This document shows, piece by piece, positions 18,451 to 27,951 of a stretch of 34,410 bases of DNA; position 1 is the stretch's first letter, and every line of letters begins with the position of its first letter. A program made the translations under genes and the position numbers. Source of the DNA: a virus (taxonomy: Duplodnaviria; Heunggongvirae; Uroviricota; Caudoviricetes); the IMG/VR virus record IMGVR_UViG_2778261135_000004; one strand, given 5' to 3'. Under the pieces are notes generated by a model. The model had not been told where the DNA came from. It made no database searches and saw only the letters and a program-made list of their open reading frames with translations.

Positions 18451-18516
18451 TTGTGCCATTCCCGACACCTCATCGTCACATTGCCGCCGGTATGACCCGG
18501 CGGCATCCTTCCCGTT

Positions 18517-19152
18517 ATGAACACTCTCGCAAATATTCAGGAACTCGCGCGCGCACTGCGCAACATGATACGCACCGGCATTGTCGTCGAAACCGACCTT
18601 AACGCCGGTCGCTGCCGAGTGCAGACCGGCGGCATGTGCACCGACTGGCTTCAGTGGCTGACCCATCGCGCCGGACGTTCGCGCACATGGTGGGCACCTT
18701 CCGTGGGGGAACAGGTGCTGATTCTGGCCGTGGGCGGTGAACTCGACACGGCGTTCGTTCTGCCGGGGATTTATTCCGGCGATAACCCTGCGCCGTCTGC
18801 GTCGGCTGATGCCCTGCATATCCGTTTCCCTGACGGGGCGGTGATTGAGTATGAACCCGAAACCAGTGCACTCACGGCAAGCGGAATTAAAACGGCCAGC
18901 GTGACGGCTTCTGATTCTGTTACTGCCACGGTACCGGTGGTCACGGTGAAAGCGTCAACCCGTGTCACCCTGGACACACCGGAAGTGGTCTGCACTAACA
19001 AACTGACTACCGGCACGCTGGAAGTGCAGAGGGGCGGGACGATGCGCGGCAACATTGAACACACCGGCGGTGAACTCTCATCAAACGGTAAGGTACTGCA
19101 TACCCACAAACACCCCGGCGACAGCGGCGGCACAACCGGGAGTCCTTTATGA
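18517..19152 (+). CDS. V: Baseplate spike/assembly protein V, 211 aa
   Basis: 211-aa ORF starting the baseplate operon; P2 gpV length. Confidence 0.9.
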   Translation: MNTLANIQELARALRNMIRTGIVVETDLNAGRCRVQTGGMCTDWLQWLTHRAGRSRTWWAPSVGEQVLILAVGGELDTAFVLPGIYSGDNPAPSASADALHIRFPDGAVIEYEPETSALTASGIKTASVTASDSVTATVPVVTVKASTRVTLDTPEVVCTNKLTTGTLEVQRGGTMRGNIEHTGGELSSNGKVLHTHKHPGDSGGTTGSPL

Positions 19153-19496
19153 CAGCGCGTTATCTCGGAATGAATCGCAGTGATGGCCTGACGGTCACTG
19201 ACCTTGAGCATATCAGCCAGAGTATCGGCGATATCCTGCGCACACCGGTCGGCTCACGGGTGATGCGTCGTGATTACGGCTCGTTGCTGGCGTCAATGAT
19301 TGACCAGCCGCAGACTCCGGCGCTTGAGTTGCAGATTAAGGTCGCCTGTTACATGGCAGTGCTGAAATGGGAACCCCGCGTCACCCTGTCATCCGTCACC
19401 ACGGCGCGCAGTTTTGACGGGCGAATGACTGTCACGTTAACCGGCCAGCACAACGACACCGGCCAGTCACTTTCGTTAACCATCCCTGTGAGTTGA
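19149..19496 (+). CDS. W: Baseplate wedge protein W (gp25-like), 115 aa
   Basis: 115-aa ORF overlapping the V stop (ATGA); P2 gpW length. Confidence 0.9.
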   Translation: MTARYLGMNRSDGLTVTDLEHISQSIGDILRTPVGSRVMRRDYGSLLASMIDQPQTPALELQIKVACYMAVLKWEPRVTLSSVTTARSFDGRMTVTLTGQHNDTGQSLSLTIPVS

Positions 19497-19500
19497 AACC

Positions 19501-20409
19501 ATGCCGATTATCGACCTGAACCAGCTACCCGCACCGGATGTGGTCGAGGAGCTGGACTTTGAAACCATTCTCGCTGAACGCAAGGCGACACTGATTTCCC
19601 TTTACCCGGAAGACCAGCAGGAGGCGGTCGCCCGTACCCTGACGCTGGAATCCGAGCCTCTCGTCAAACTGCTGGAGGAAAATGCTTATCGTGAGCTTAT
19701 CTGGCGTCAGCGTGTGAATGAGGCCGCACGGGCGGTAATGCTGGCCTGTGCCGCCGGTAATGACCTTGATGTGATTGGTGCCAATTACAACACCACGCGC
19801 CTGATTATCACCCCGGCAGATGATTCGACCATCCCGCCGACACCGGCAGTGATGGAGTCTGACACTGATTATCGTCTGCGTATTCAGCAGGCGTTTGAGG
19901 GCTTAAGCGTCGCCGGGTCGGTGGGAGCCTATCAGTATCATGGTCGCAGTGCTGACGGGCGTGTCGCGGATATCTCTGTCACCAGTCCGTCTCCGGCCTG
20001 TGTCACTATCTCTGTGCTGTCACGTGAAAATAACGGTGTCGCATCCGAAGACCTGCTGGCTGTGGTACGTAACGCCCTTAATGACGAGGACGTCAGGCCG
20101 GTGGCCGACCGCGTGACCGTGCAGTCTGCTGCCATCGTTGAATACCAGATAAACGCCACGCTTTACCTTTACCCTGGTCCCGAAAGCGAACCCATTCGCG
20201 CTGCCGCCGTGAAAAAACTGGAAGCGTATATCACGGCACAGCACCGGCTGGGGCGCGACATCCGTCTGTCTGCCATTTATGCCGCTTTGCATGTGGAAGG
20301 CGTGCAGCGTGTCGAACTGGCTGCACCGCTGGCCGACATCGTGCTCAACAATACGCAGGCGTCTTTCTGTACCGAATACAGCGTCGTGACCGGAGGCTCG
20401 GATGAGTGA
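19501..20409 (+). CDS. J: Baseplate wedge protein J, 302 aa
   Basis: 302-aa ORF; P2 gpJ length and position. Confidence 0.9.
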   Translation: MPIIDLNQLPAPDVVEELDFETILAERKATLISLYPEDQQEAVARTLTLESEPLVKLLEENAYRELIWRQRVNEAARAVMLACAAGNDLDVIGANYNTTRLIITPADDSTIPPTPAVMESDTDYRLRIQQAFEGLSVAGSVGAYQYHGRSADGRVADISVTSPSPACVTISVLSRENNGVASEDLLAVVRNALNDEDVRPVADRVTVQSAAIVEYQINATLYLYPGPESEPIRAAAVKKLEAYITAQHRLGRDIRLSAIYAALHVEGVQRVELAAPLADIVLNNTQASFCTEYSVVTGGSDE

Positions 20410-20932
20410 TTCGCGACTGCTGCCGACCGGCTCATCACCGCTTGAAGTCGCCGCCGCAAAAGCCTGTGCGGAAATTGAAAAAACGCCGGTCAGTATTCGT
20501 GAGCTGTGGAACCCGGACACCTGCCCGGCAAATCTGCTGCCGTGGCTGGCGTGGGCCTTTTCGGTCGACAGGTGGGATGAAAAGTGGCCGGAAGCGACAA
20601 AACGCGCCGTTATCCGCGATGCCTATTTCATCCACTGTCATAAAGGCACTATAGGTGCAATCCGGCGTGTGGTGGAGCCGCTGGGCTATCTCATCAACGT
20701 GACGGAGTGGTGGGAAAACAGTGACCCGCCAGGCACCTTCCGGCTTGATATTGGTGTACTGGAAAGCGGCATCACAGAGGCAATGTATCAGGAAATGGAA
20801 CGGCTTATTGCTGATGCCAAACCTGCAAGCCGTCATCTTATTGGCCTGAACATTACCCGGGACATTCCCGGCTACCTGTTCGCCGGTGGTGTGGCTTACG
20901 ACGGCGATGTAATTACGGTTTACCCCGGATAA
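20402..20932 (+). CDS. I: Baseplate protein I, 176 aa
   Basis: 176-aa ORF overlapping the J end; P2 gpI length. Confidence 0.9.
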   Translation: MSDSRLLPTGSSPLEVAAAKACAEIEKTPVSIRELWNPDTCPANLLPWLAWAFSVDRWDEKWPEATKRAVIRDAYFIHCHKGTIGAIRRVVEPLGYLINVTEWWENSDPPGTFRLDIGVLESGITEAMYQEMERLIADAKPASRHLIGLNITRDIPGYLFAGGVAYDGDVITVYPG

Positions 20933-20942
20933 GTGAGGAATA

Positions 20943-23261
20943 ATGAGCACAAAATTCAAAACCGTTATCACCACTGCCGGTGCAGCAAAGCTGGCAGCGG
21001 CAACCGCACCGGGAGGGCGGAAGGTCAACATTACCACGATGGCCGTCGGGGATGGCGGTGGTAAATTGCCTGTCCCGGATGCCGGACAGACCGGGCTTAT
21101 CCACGAAGTCTGGCGACATGCGCTGAACAAAATCAGCCAGGACAAACGAAACAGTAATTATATTATCGCAGAGCTGGTTATTCCGCCGGAGGTGGGCGGT
21201 TTCTGGATGCGTGAGCTTGGCCTGTACGATGATGCGGGAACGTTAATTGCCGTGGCGAACATGGCCGAAAGTTATAAACCCGCACTTGCCGAAGGCTCAG
21301 GGCGTTCGCAGACCTGCCGCATGGTCATCATCGTCAGCAGTGTGGCCTCAGTGGAGCTGACCATTGACACCACAACGGTGATGGCGACGCAGGATTACGT
21401 TGATGACAAAATTGCAGAGCACGAACAGTCACGACGTCACCCGGACGCCTCGCTGACCGCAAAAGGTTTTACTCAGTTAAGCAGTGCGACCAACAGCACG
21501 TCTGAAACACTGGCCGCAACGCCGAAAGCGGTAAAGGCCGCGTATGACCTTGCTAACGGGAAATATACCGCACAGGACGCCACCATAGCGCGAAAAGGCC
21601 TTGTCCAGCTCAGTAGTGCCACCAACAGCACGTCTGAAACGCTCGCCGCAACGCCGAAAGCGGTAAAGGCAGCATATGACCTTGCTAACGGGAAATACAC
21701 TGCACAGGACGCCACCACAACGCGAAAAGGCCTTGTTCAGCTCAGTAGCGCCACCAACAGTGATTCTGAAACGCTTGCGGCAACGCTAAAGGCGGTAAAG
21801 GCTGCGTATGACCTTGCTAACGGGAAATACACTGCACAGGATGCCACCACCGCGCGAAAAGGTCTTGTCCAGCTAAGTAGCGCCACCAACAGTGATTCTG
21901 AAACACTGGCCGCAACACCAAAAGCGGTGAAGTCTGCCTATGACAATGCTGAAAAACGTCTTCAGAAAGATCAGAATGGTGCGGATATTCCGGGAAAGGA
22001 TACCTTCACGAAAAATATCGGTGCCTGTCGTGCTTATAGCGGCGCTTTGAGTACTGAAGCCGGAAACTGGACAACCGCTCAGTTTATTGAATGGCTGGAT
22101 TCCCGTGGTGCATTTAATCATCCGTACTGGATGTGCAAAGGCTCCTGGTCATATGCAAATAACAAAATCATTACGGATACCGGATGTGGTGATATCCACC
22201 TGGCTGGTTGTGTCGTCGAGGTCATGGGAATTAAATCTGCAATCACTATCCGAGTGACCACGCCGACAACATCAAGTGGTGGCGGTACAACCAGCGCGCA
22301 ATTCACTTACATTAATCATGGGGACGGCTACTCCCCCGGCTGGCGTCGTGACTGGAATCGTCAGGGCGACGAAATGACCGGAACGATTAATCAGGACGGC
22401 GGTAGCCAGAATGCCTATATGTCTACGGCCTTATGTTCAGGCACCAGAGGCGGCAAAAAATATCTCAGAAAGTTTCGTGGTGGAGAAGGAGACACTGTCT
22501 GGCATGAAACAGTACAGGGCGGGGTAGTTCGCTGGGCGACTGGTAATACTGATGCTCAGGAAGAATTATCACTCAGCTCCGCTTATGGTCTCCGTTCAAG
22601 AGGTGAGATTACATCACTCAGTGCTAATGGTCTGCGCATTGCTTATGGCAATTATGGATTCTTTATCAGGAATGATGGCGGCAGCACATATTTAATGCTG
22701 ACGGCCTCTGGCGATAAATTTGGGACATGGAACGGTTTAAGGCCGCTGACTATCAATAACGCCAATGGCGGAGTGTCAATGGGGCATGGCCTGAGTGTTA
22801 CAGGTGATATTGTCTCAAGTACCAAAGTACGTGCCGGTAGCGGGAAAAAGTTCACGGTCAGCAGCAGCAATACATCCACGAAGGAAGCCGCATTCAATTT
22901 GTGGGGAAACTCAAGTCGTCCGGTGGTGGCTGAATTAGGTGATGATGCAGGCTGGCATTTTTACAGTCAGAGAAATACAGATAACAGCATCACTTTTGCT
23001 GTTAACGGGCAGGTATCACCATCTAACTATAGTAATTTTGATTCACGCTATGTCCGGGATATCCGGCTTGGTGGTGCTGCCACATACAAACCTGCGAACA
23101 ATGGCATGACATGGACACATCAGGCACCGTCCGGGTGTGTATATTCCGGCATTATTGTTCAGGATACCGGCTCAAACTCTGCCGATAACATTGGTGGCGT
23201 ATATTACAGACCGGTGCAGAAATACATTAACGGGACTTGGTATAACGTGGCGCAGGTATAA
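20943..23261 (+). CDS. H: Tail fibre protein H, 772 aa, with tandem-repeat region and divergent C-terminal receptor-binding portion
   Basis: N-terminal region matches P2 gpH (MSTKFKTVITTAGAAKLAAATAPG...); the middle carries ~3.7 in-frame copies of a 44-aa repeat; the C-terminal half is unlike P2 H as I recall it and the protein is about 100 aa longer than P2 H. Confidence 0.9.
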   Translation: MSTKFKTVITTAGAAKLAAATAPGGRKVNITTMAVGDGGGKLPVPDAGQTGLIHEVWRHALNKISQDKRNSNYIIAELVIPPEVGGFWMRELGLYDDAGTLIAVANMAESYKPALAEGSGRSQTCRMVIIVSSVASVELTIDTTTVMATQDYVDDKIAEHEQSRRHPDASLTAKGFTQLSSATNSTSETLAATPKAVKAAYDLANGKYTAQDATIARKGLVQLSSATNSTSETLAATPKAVKAAYDLANGKYTAQDATTTRKGLVQLSSATNSDSETLAATLKAVKAAYDLANGKYTAQDATTARKGLVQLSSATNSDSETLAATPKAVKSAYDNAEKRLQKDQNGADIPGKDTFTKNIGACRAYSGALSTEAGNWTTAQFIEWLDSRGAFNHPYWMCKGSWSYANNKIITDTGCGDIHLAGCVVEVMGIKSAITIRVTTPTTSSGGGTTSAQFTYINHGDGYSPGWRRDWNRQGDEMTGTINQDGGSQNAYMSTALCSGTRGGKKYLRKFRGGEGDTVWHETVQGGVVRWATGNTDAQEELSLSSAYGLRSRGEITSLSANGLRIAYGNYGFFIRNDGGSTYLMLTASGDKFGTWNGLRPLTINNANGGVSMGHGLSVTGDIVSSTKVRAGSGKKFTVSSSNTSTKEAAFNLWGNSSRPVVAELGDDAGWHFYSQRNTDNSITFAVNGQVSPSNYSNFDSRYVRDIRLGGAATYKPANNGMTWTHQAPSGCVYSGIIVQDTGSNSADNIGGVYYRPVQKYINGTWYNVAQV
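21461..21960 (+). repeat. In-frame tandem repeat, 132-bp unit (44 aa), ~3.7 copies, within H
   Basis: Repeating unit KG(F/L)(T/V)QLSSATNS(T/D)SETLAAT(P/L)KAVKAAYDLANGKYTAQDAT..R seen directly in the H translation, and mirrored as an internally repeated antisense ORF (21473..21718); resembles the phage tail-fibre repeat found once in P2 H. Confidence 0.85.
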
Positions 23262-23264
23262 TTT

Positions 23265-23792
23265 ATGCAGCATTTGATAAATATAACGGCAGGTAATCCA
23301 AAAACGGTTGAACAATATCAATTGACAAAGGACTTTGATGTTGTCTGGTTTTTTTCAGAAGATGGTAAGAACTGGTACGAAGAACAAAAGTATTTTGCTG
23401 ATGACACGATAAAAATAGCGTACGACAAAGATAATATTATCCGCTATGTGGAAAAGGATGTGACAGCTATCAGACCGGATGGATTAAGTGTTGTTGAAGT
23501 GCCGGATATTACTGCTAACCGACGGGCGGACATTTCAGGGGGCTGGATGTTTAAGGACGGTACAGTGATTAAACGAATTTATACGGCAGAGGAATTGCAG
23601 CAGCAGGCAGAAAATCGGAAAGCCAGACTTCTTGCAGATGCTGAATCCGTGATTTTGCCGCTGGAGCGCGCTGTCAGGCTGAACATGGCAACAGAGGAGG
23701 AGCGCACACGGCTGGAGGCTTGGGAACGCTACAGCGTTGTGGTCAGTCGTGTGGATCCTGCAAATCCTGAATGGCCGGAAATGCCGCAATAA
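23265..23792 (+). CDS. G: Tail fibre assembly chaperone G, 175 aa
   Basis: 175-aa ORF immediately after H; P2 gpG length and sequence. Confidence 0.9.
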   Translation: MQHLINITAGNPKTVEQYQLTKDFDVVWFFSEDGKNWYEEQKYFADDTIKIAYDKDNIIRYVEKDVTAIRPDGLSVVEVPDITANRRADISGGWMFKDGTVIKRIYTAEELQQQAENRKARLLADAESVILPLERAVRLNMATEEERTRLEAWERYSVVVSRVDPANPEWPEMPQ

Positions 23793-23825
23793 GTTGTATG
23801 AACTCTGGTGTGAGCTTACATATCT

Positions 23826-23885
23826 ATGGCACAGAGTAAAGCCTAATCTGACAGTCCGCTCTGTGCCAAAAGCGGACTGTCAAAT
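23826..23885. terminator. Nested inverted repeats between convergent G and cargo gene (putative bidirectional terminator)
   Basis: TGGCACAGAG/CTCTGTGCCA (23826..23835 / 23860..23869) and AATCTGACAGTCCGC/GCGGACTGTCAAATT (23844..23858 / 23871..23885) can form alternative hairpins; no clean T-run. Confidence 0.4.
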
Positions 23886-23990
23886 TGCATCAAAAGAGCA
23901 TTGATATTACGTTTATTAATATTTCTCAATAATCCCTCAATACTATAAAGGGTTTAGAGACCTAGTTCTTACTTATATCTGGATACAGAT

Positions 23991-25787
23991 CTACGATTTA
24001 ATATCAAATAAAGAACTTTCACCTTTGAATATATTCACCCAATGGTATTGTATGTATTTCATACGGTTTGTGTTTCCGTTGACGTAAGGAATGGTTCTTC
24101 TTTCGATTGTAGAATACATTTGCGCAAGGTGTGTGGTCATTTTTTTATCTCGGCTAATTGCAACTTTTCCATCTGAACGAATGGCAATGAAACCATTTTC
24201 GAAAAGTGAATCACATATTGCACATTGCAACATTGCTATGTTATCGAAATCTGCTCGCTCTTCATGTGTGCATTTAGATCTAGGTTTCACATGCGCAGCA
24301 ATGAGAATAGCATGCGGCCATGAATTTCCGCAAATCTCACAGACCCCTACATTATTTTCATTGCTATATAACAGCGATTGTTGAAGGAGCAGGTATTCTC
24401 GAAGTAATGCTTGTTCTGCACGAGTCTTTCTTAAAAAGGTTCCCAGCACATCTAGTGAATCCAATTCGCTTCTGATGTCTGTTATTTTTCTTCTTATACT
24501 ATCTATTCTTTCCATTCTGGTATCGATAGGCCGAGCCACTTGCTTGGTTGGAATATATTCATCATCAAGTGGTTTGTAGTAATCATTTCGTCTCCCGCCA
24601 CCTTCTTTGTAATACAAGGTTGGATAACTAAAAATCAATGATTTGAAAGCTTGCGGGATTTTCCCTTTTAATTCCCTACCAATGCTCATTGAGTCTAAGG
24701 GGCCACCATTTGATTTTATAGCATTTAAGGCAATAACTTGATAATGGATAGTACCACTGACATCTTCCAATTGGAGTTCTGAATAAAGGCTATCTCCAGG
24801 TATTCTATAACCGGGTGTTGACTCTTGTAGTAATCCAGTTTTCAAACAATAATCGTCCAGAGCACCATCGGCGCTTTCTAGAAGCTCTAGGCAGGGGGGT
24901 TGACGGGCATCTGCACTACGACGGAAGTTGTGTGTAAGGGCCCTTTTTAAAGCAGATATAACTCTTTCAACTTTTAGTGGGTTTTTATAATGAATAAAAA
25001 TTGGTTTGAGAATTCGACTAACTCTTTCGTCACGAGACGTGAAAGCATAAAAACGTCCATTAGAAATAGATAAAAAATCTTCTTCAGTTGAAATTAAGTC
25101 AGATATATATTGCACCTTAATTTCATCAGGAATTTCCCTAATAAAACCAGGAGGGTCTGACTCCCATGAACAAACAGCAAGTTTTTCTATTGAAAATAAA
25201 CCACCAAAATACGTTGATATCTTTCCGGCATATGTGATTAAATCGCTAGTAATGGATTTGGGATTATGATTTTCTTCCAGTATGATTTGATGTCCATTAT
25301 ATTCATGAAATTTGAAATGTGCATTTATTTCGAATGATTTTGCTAACTGAGTAACTATAGGAAGATAAATGTTACTATCAATTACACCTGCTGCTATAAG
25401 AGTGCTTTGGACTTTATTTGAAAATACTGGTTTTTTAGTGGTCGTTATTTTTCCGATTAATATTTCAATCAATTTCTTCAATTGAATAAGGTCAGTTTTC
25501 GCAGCTAGGGTAATCGTATCACCTGCTACCAAGCCTCGGTTGAGCCGACTTAGTTCTGACGGCAAGTCTTGATTTAAGAATTTTGATATGATCTGACGTG
25601 CTCTTTCTCTCGTGACCTCTTTCTTGAGTTCAGGTAGTTTACCCAGCGTATCTAAGGTCAAGTTTCTGCTAGAAGATGTCTGAGTAAAGTGTGCTTTCAA
25701 TATGATCTTAGTAGTTTCTGATGTATTCTTCTTTTGATAAATGCGATCAATCAGTTCTGTAATAATTTCTTGGTAGGTTTTACTCAT
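23991..25787 (-). CDS. Cargo gene at the G-FI (Z/fun) hotspot: ~598-aa protein with C-terminal HNH-type nuclease motif and N-terminal HTH-like segment (candidate anti-phage defence nuclease)
   Basis: C-terminal motif CEICGNSWPHAILIAAHVKP...ADFDNIAMLQCAICDSLFENGFIAI (CxxC ... AAH ... N ... CxxC ... F-x-NG; HNH/His-Me finger, HNH_2-like by eye); N-terminal segment TLDTLGKLPELKKEVTRERARQIISKFL resembles sigma-70 region-4-type HTH. Start taken at ATG 25787; the track start 25799 is a GTG. Strongly AT-rich. Confidence 0.8.
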   Translation of the reverse strand: MSKTYQEIITELIDRIYQKKNTSETTKIILKAHFTQTSSSRNLTLDTLGKLPELKKEVTRERARQIISKFLNQDLPSELSRLNRGLVAGDTITLAAKTDLIQLKKLIEILIGKITTTKKPVFSNKVQSTLIAAGVIDSNIYLPIVTQLAKSFEINAHFKFHEYNGHQIILEENHNPKSITSDLITYAGKISTYFGGLFSIEKLAVCSWESDPPGFIREIPDEIKVQYISDLISTEEDFLSISNGRFYAFTSRDERVSRILKPIFIHYKNPLKVERVISALKRALTHNFRRSADARQPPCLELLESADGALDDYCLKTGLLQESTPGYRIPGDSLYSELQLEDVSGTIHYQVIALNAIKSNGGPLDSMSIGRELKGKIPQAFKSLIFSYPTLYYKEGGGRRNDYYKPLDDEYIPTKQVARPIDTRMERIDSIRRKITDIRSELDSLDVLGTFLRKTRAEQALLREYLLLQQSLLYSNENNVGVCEICGNSWPHAILIAAHVKPRSKCTHEERADFDNIAMLQCAICDSLFENGFIAIRSDGKVAISRDKKMTTHLAQMYSTIERRTIPYVNGNTNRMKYIQYHWVNIFKGESSLFDIKS

Positions 25788-26173
25788 AGCAATCCACACT
25801 CATAAAGTACTGTAAAATGATCCGACTGATTTCTGTAATCATCTCTCATCGGTCCATACCTAACTTGCGGCTAATGAAATGAATATAAAATCATCTAATG
25901 CCTTTTGCTAATTTGATAATGCTATATTTCTTGGAAAATTACACTCTAAAAGGTTAAGTCTGCTCCTCGCTCAAAGCAGACTGTCAGATTTGATAGCGTT
26001 TGGGCTATGTAAATTGTCAGTTGGAAAATGAGTGAGTGCAAATCATGACAGGCAGGCGGATTACCCGCTTTTTCTTTGTCTGTTGTTTCATCCACTGACC
26101 AGCCAGGTCAAATAGCGTCTCATGCACTGCCCAACAGAAAATAGTTGCACCCATTAACCACGGAGTTAAACGG

Positions 26174-27364
26174 ATGAGTGACTATCATCACGGCGTGCAG
26201 GTGCTGGAGATTAACGACGGCACCCGCGTCATTTCCACCGTATCCACTGCCATTGTCGGCTTGGTCTGCACGGCCAGCGATGCGGATGCGGAAACCTTCC
26301 CCCTCAATAAACCTGTGCTGATTACCAATGTGCAGAGTGCAATTGCAAAGGCTGGTAAAAAAGGCACGCTGGCGGCATCGTTGCAGGCCATCGCTGACCA
26401 GTCAAAACCGGTCACCGTTGTTGTGCGTGTGGAAGACGGCACCGGCGACGACGAGGAAACGAAACTCGCGCAGACCGTATCCAATATCATCGGCACCACC
26501 GACGAAAACGGTCAGTACACCGGACTGAAAGCCCTGCTGGCGGCGGAGTCGGTAACCGGTGTTAAACCGCGTATTCTCGGTGTGCCGGGACTGGACACCA
26601 AAGAGGTGGCTGTTGCACTGGCATCAGTCTGTCAGAAGCTGCGCGCTTTCGGGTATATCAGCGCATGGGGCTGTAAGACCATTTCCGAGGTGAAAGCCTA
26701 CCGCCAGAATTTCAGCCAGCGTGAGCTGATGGTCATCTGGCCGGATTTCCTCGCATGGGATACGGTCACCAGCACCACCGCCACCGCGTATGCCACCGCC
26801 CGTGCGCTGGGTCTGCGTGCCAGAATCGACCAGGAGCAGGGCTGGCATAAAACGCTGTCCAATGTCGGGGTGAACGGTGTTACCGGCATCAGCGCATCTG
26901 TATTCTGGGATTTGCAGGAGTCCGGCACCGATGCTGACCTGCTTAACGAGTCAGGCGTCACTACGCTGATTCGCCGTGACGGTTTCCGATTCTGGGGTAA
27001 CCGTACCTGCTCTGATGACCCGCTTTTCCTCTTTGAAAACTACACCCGCACCGCGCAGGTGCTGGCCGATACGATGGCTGAGGCGCACATGTGGGCGGTG
27101 GACAAGCCCATCACCGCAACGCTGATTCGCGACATCGTTGACGGCATCAATGCCAAATTCCGTGAGCTGAAAACAAACGGCTATATCGTGGATGCGACCT
27201 GCTGGTTCAGCGAAGAATCCAACGATGCGGAAACCCTCAAGGCCGGAAAACTGTATATCGACTACGACTATACCCCGGTGCCTCCTCTCGAAAACCTGAC
27301 CCTGCGCCAGCGTATCACCGATAAATACCTGGCAAATCTGGTCACTTCGGTTAACAGCAATTAA
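26174..27364 (+). CDS. FI: Tail sheath protein FI, 396 aa
   Basis: 396-aa ORF; P2 gpFI length and sequence. Confidence 0.95.
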   Translation: MSDYHHGVQVLEINDGTRVISTVSTAIVGLVCTASDADAETFPLNKPVLITNVQSAIAKAGKKGTLAASLQAIADQSKPVTVVVRVEDGTGDDEETKLAQTVSNIIGTTDENGQYTGLKALLAAESVTGVKPRILGVPGLDTKEVAVALASVCQKLRAFGYISAWGCKTISEVKAYRQNFSQRELMVIWPDFLAWDTVTSTTATAYATARALGLRARIDQEQGWHKTLSNVGVNGVTGISASVFWDLQESGTDADLLNESGVTTLIRRDGFRFWGNRTCSDDPLFLFENYTRTAQVLADTMAEAHMWAVDKPITATLIRDIVDGINAKFRELKTNGYIVDATCWFSEESNDAETLKAGKLYIDYDYTPVPPLENLTLRQRITDKYLANLVTSVNSN

Positions 27365-27376
27365 GGAGACTGACCG

Positions 27377-27895
27377 ATGGCAATGCCGCGCAAACTCAAG
27401 TTAATGAACGTCTTTCTGAACGGCTACAGCTATCAGGGCGTTGCAAAGTCCGTCACGCTGCCAAAACTGACCCGTAAGCTCGAAAACTATCGCGGTGCGG
27501 GGATGAACGGCAGCGCACCGGTAGACCTCGGCCTTGATGACGATGCGCTGTCAATGGAGTGGTCGCTCGGGGGCTTCCCGGATTCGGTTATCTGGGAGCT
27601 TTACGCCGCAACCGGTGTGGATGCCGTGCCGATTCGTTTTGCAGGCTCTTACCAGCGCGACGATACCGGCGAAACGGTGGCCGTCGAAGTGGTCATGCGT
27701 GGACGTCAGAAAGAAATCGACACCGGCGAGGGTAAACAGGGAGAAGACACCGAGTCGAAAATCTCCGTGGTCTGCACCTATTTCCGGCTGACGATGGACG
27801 GTAAGGAGCTGGTCGAAATCGACACCATCAACATGATTGAGAAGGTGAACGGCGTCGACCGGCTGGAGCAACACCGCCGAAATATCGGCCTGTGA
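27377..27895 (+). CDS. FII: Tail tube protein FII, 172 aa
   Basis: 172-aa ORF after FI; P2 gpFII length. Confidence 0.95.
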   Translation: MAMPRKLKLMNVFLNGYSYQGVAKSVTLPKLTRKLENYRGAGMNGSAPVDLGLDDDALSMEWSLGGFPDSVIWELYAATGVDAVPIRFAGSYQRDDTGETVAVEVVMRGRQKEIDTGEGKQGEDTESKISVVCTYFRLTMDGKELVEIDTINMIEKVNGVDRLEQHRRNIGL

Positions 27896-27951
27896 TTTTC
27901 ATCCGGTCAGCCTGGCTGACCGGTTAACCCTGATTCAGAAGTGAGAAAACC

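Noticed and set aside
21461-21960. Possible CRISPR array or non-coding satellite suggested by the regular 132-bp tandem repeats.
   Set aside because: Repeats are in frame within H, have no unique spacers and encode a conserved tail-fibre peptide motif; no CRISPR-like array anywhere in the window.
23991-25787. Calling the HNH cargo a GmrSD/BrxU-type (DUF262-DUF1524) type IV restriction enzyme.
   Set aside because: No DGQQR-type ParB/DUF262 motif in the N-terminal region; the nuclease motif looks like a classical CxxC-containing HNH rather than DUF1524.
12077-26173. Exact Ogr-type late promoter dyads (TGT-N12-ACA) upstream of O/P, V and FI.
   Set aside because: I found only imperfect candidates by eye (e.g. 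TGT-N12-ACC near 18453) and cannot place them reliably without alignment to P2 late promoters; only the O/P intergenic region is annotated, at low confidence.
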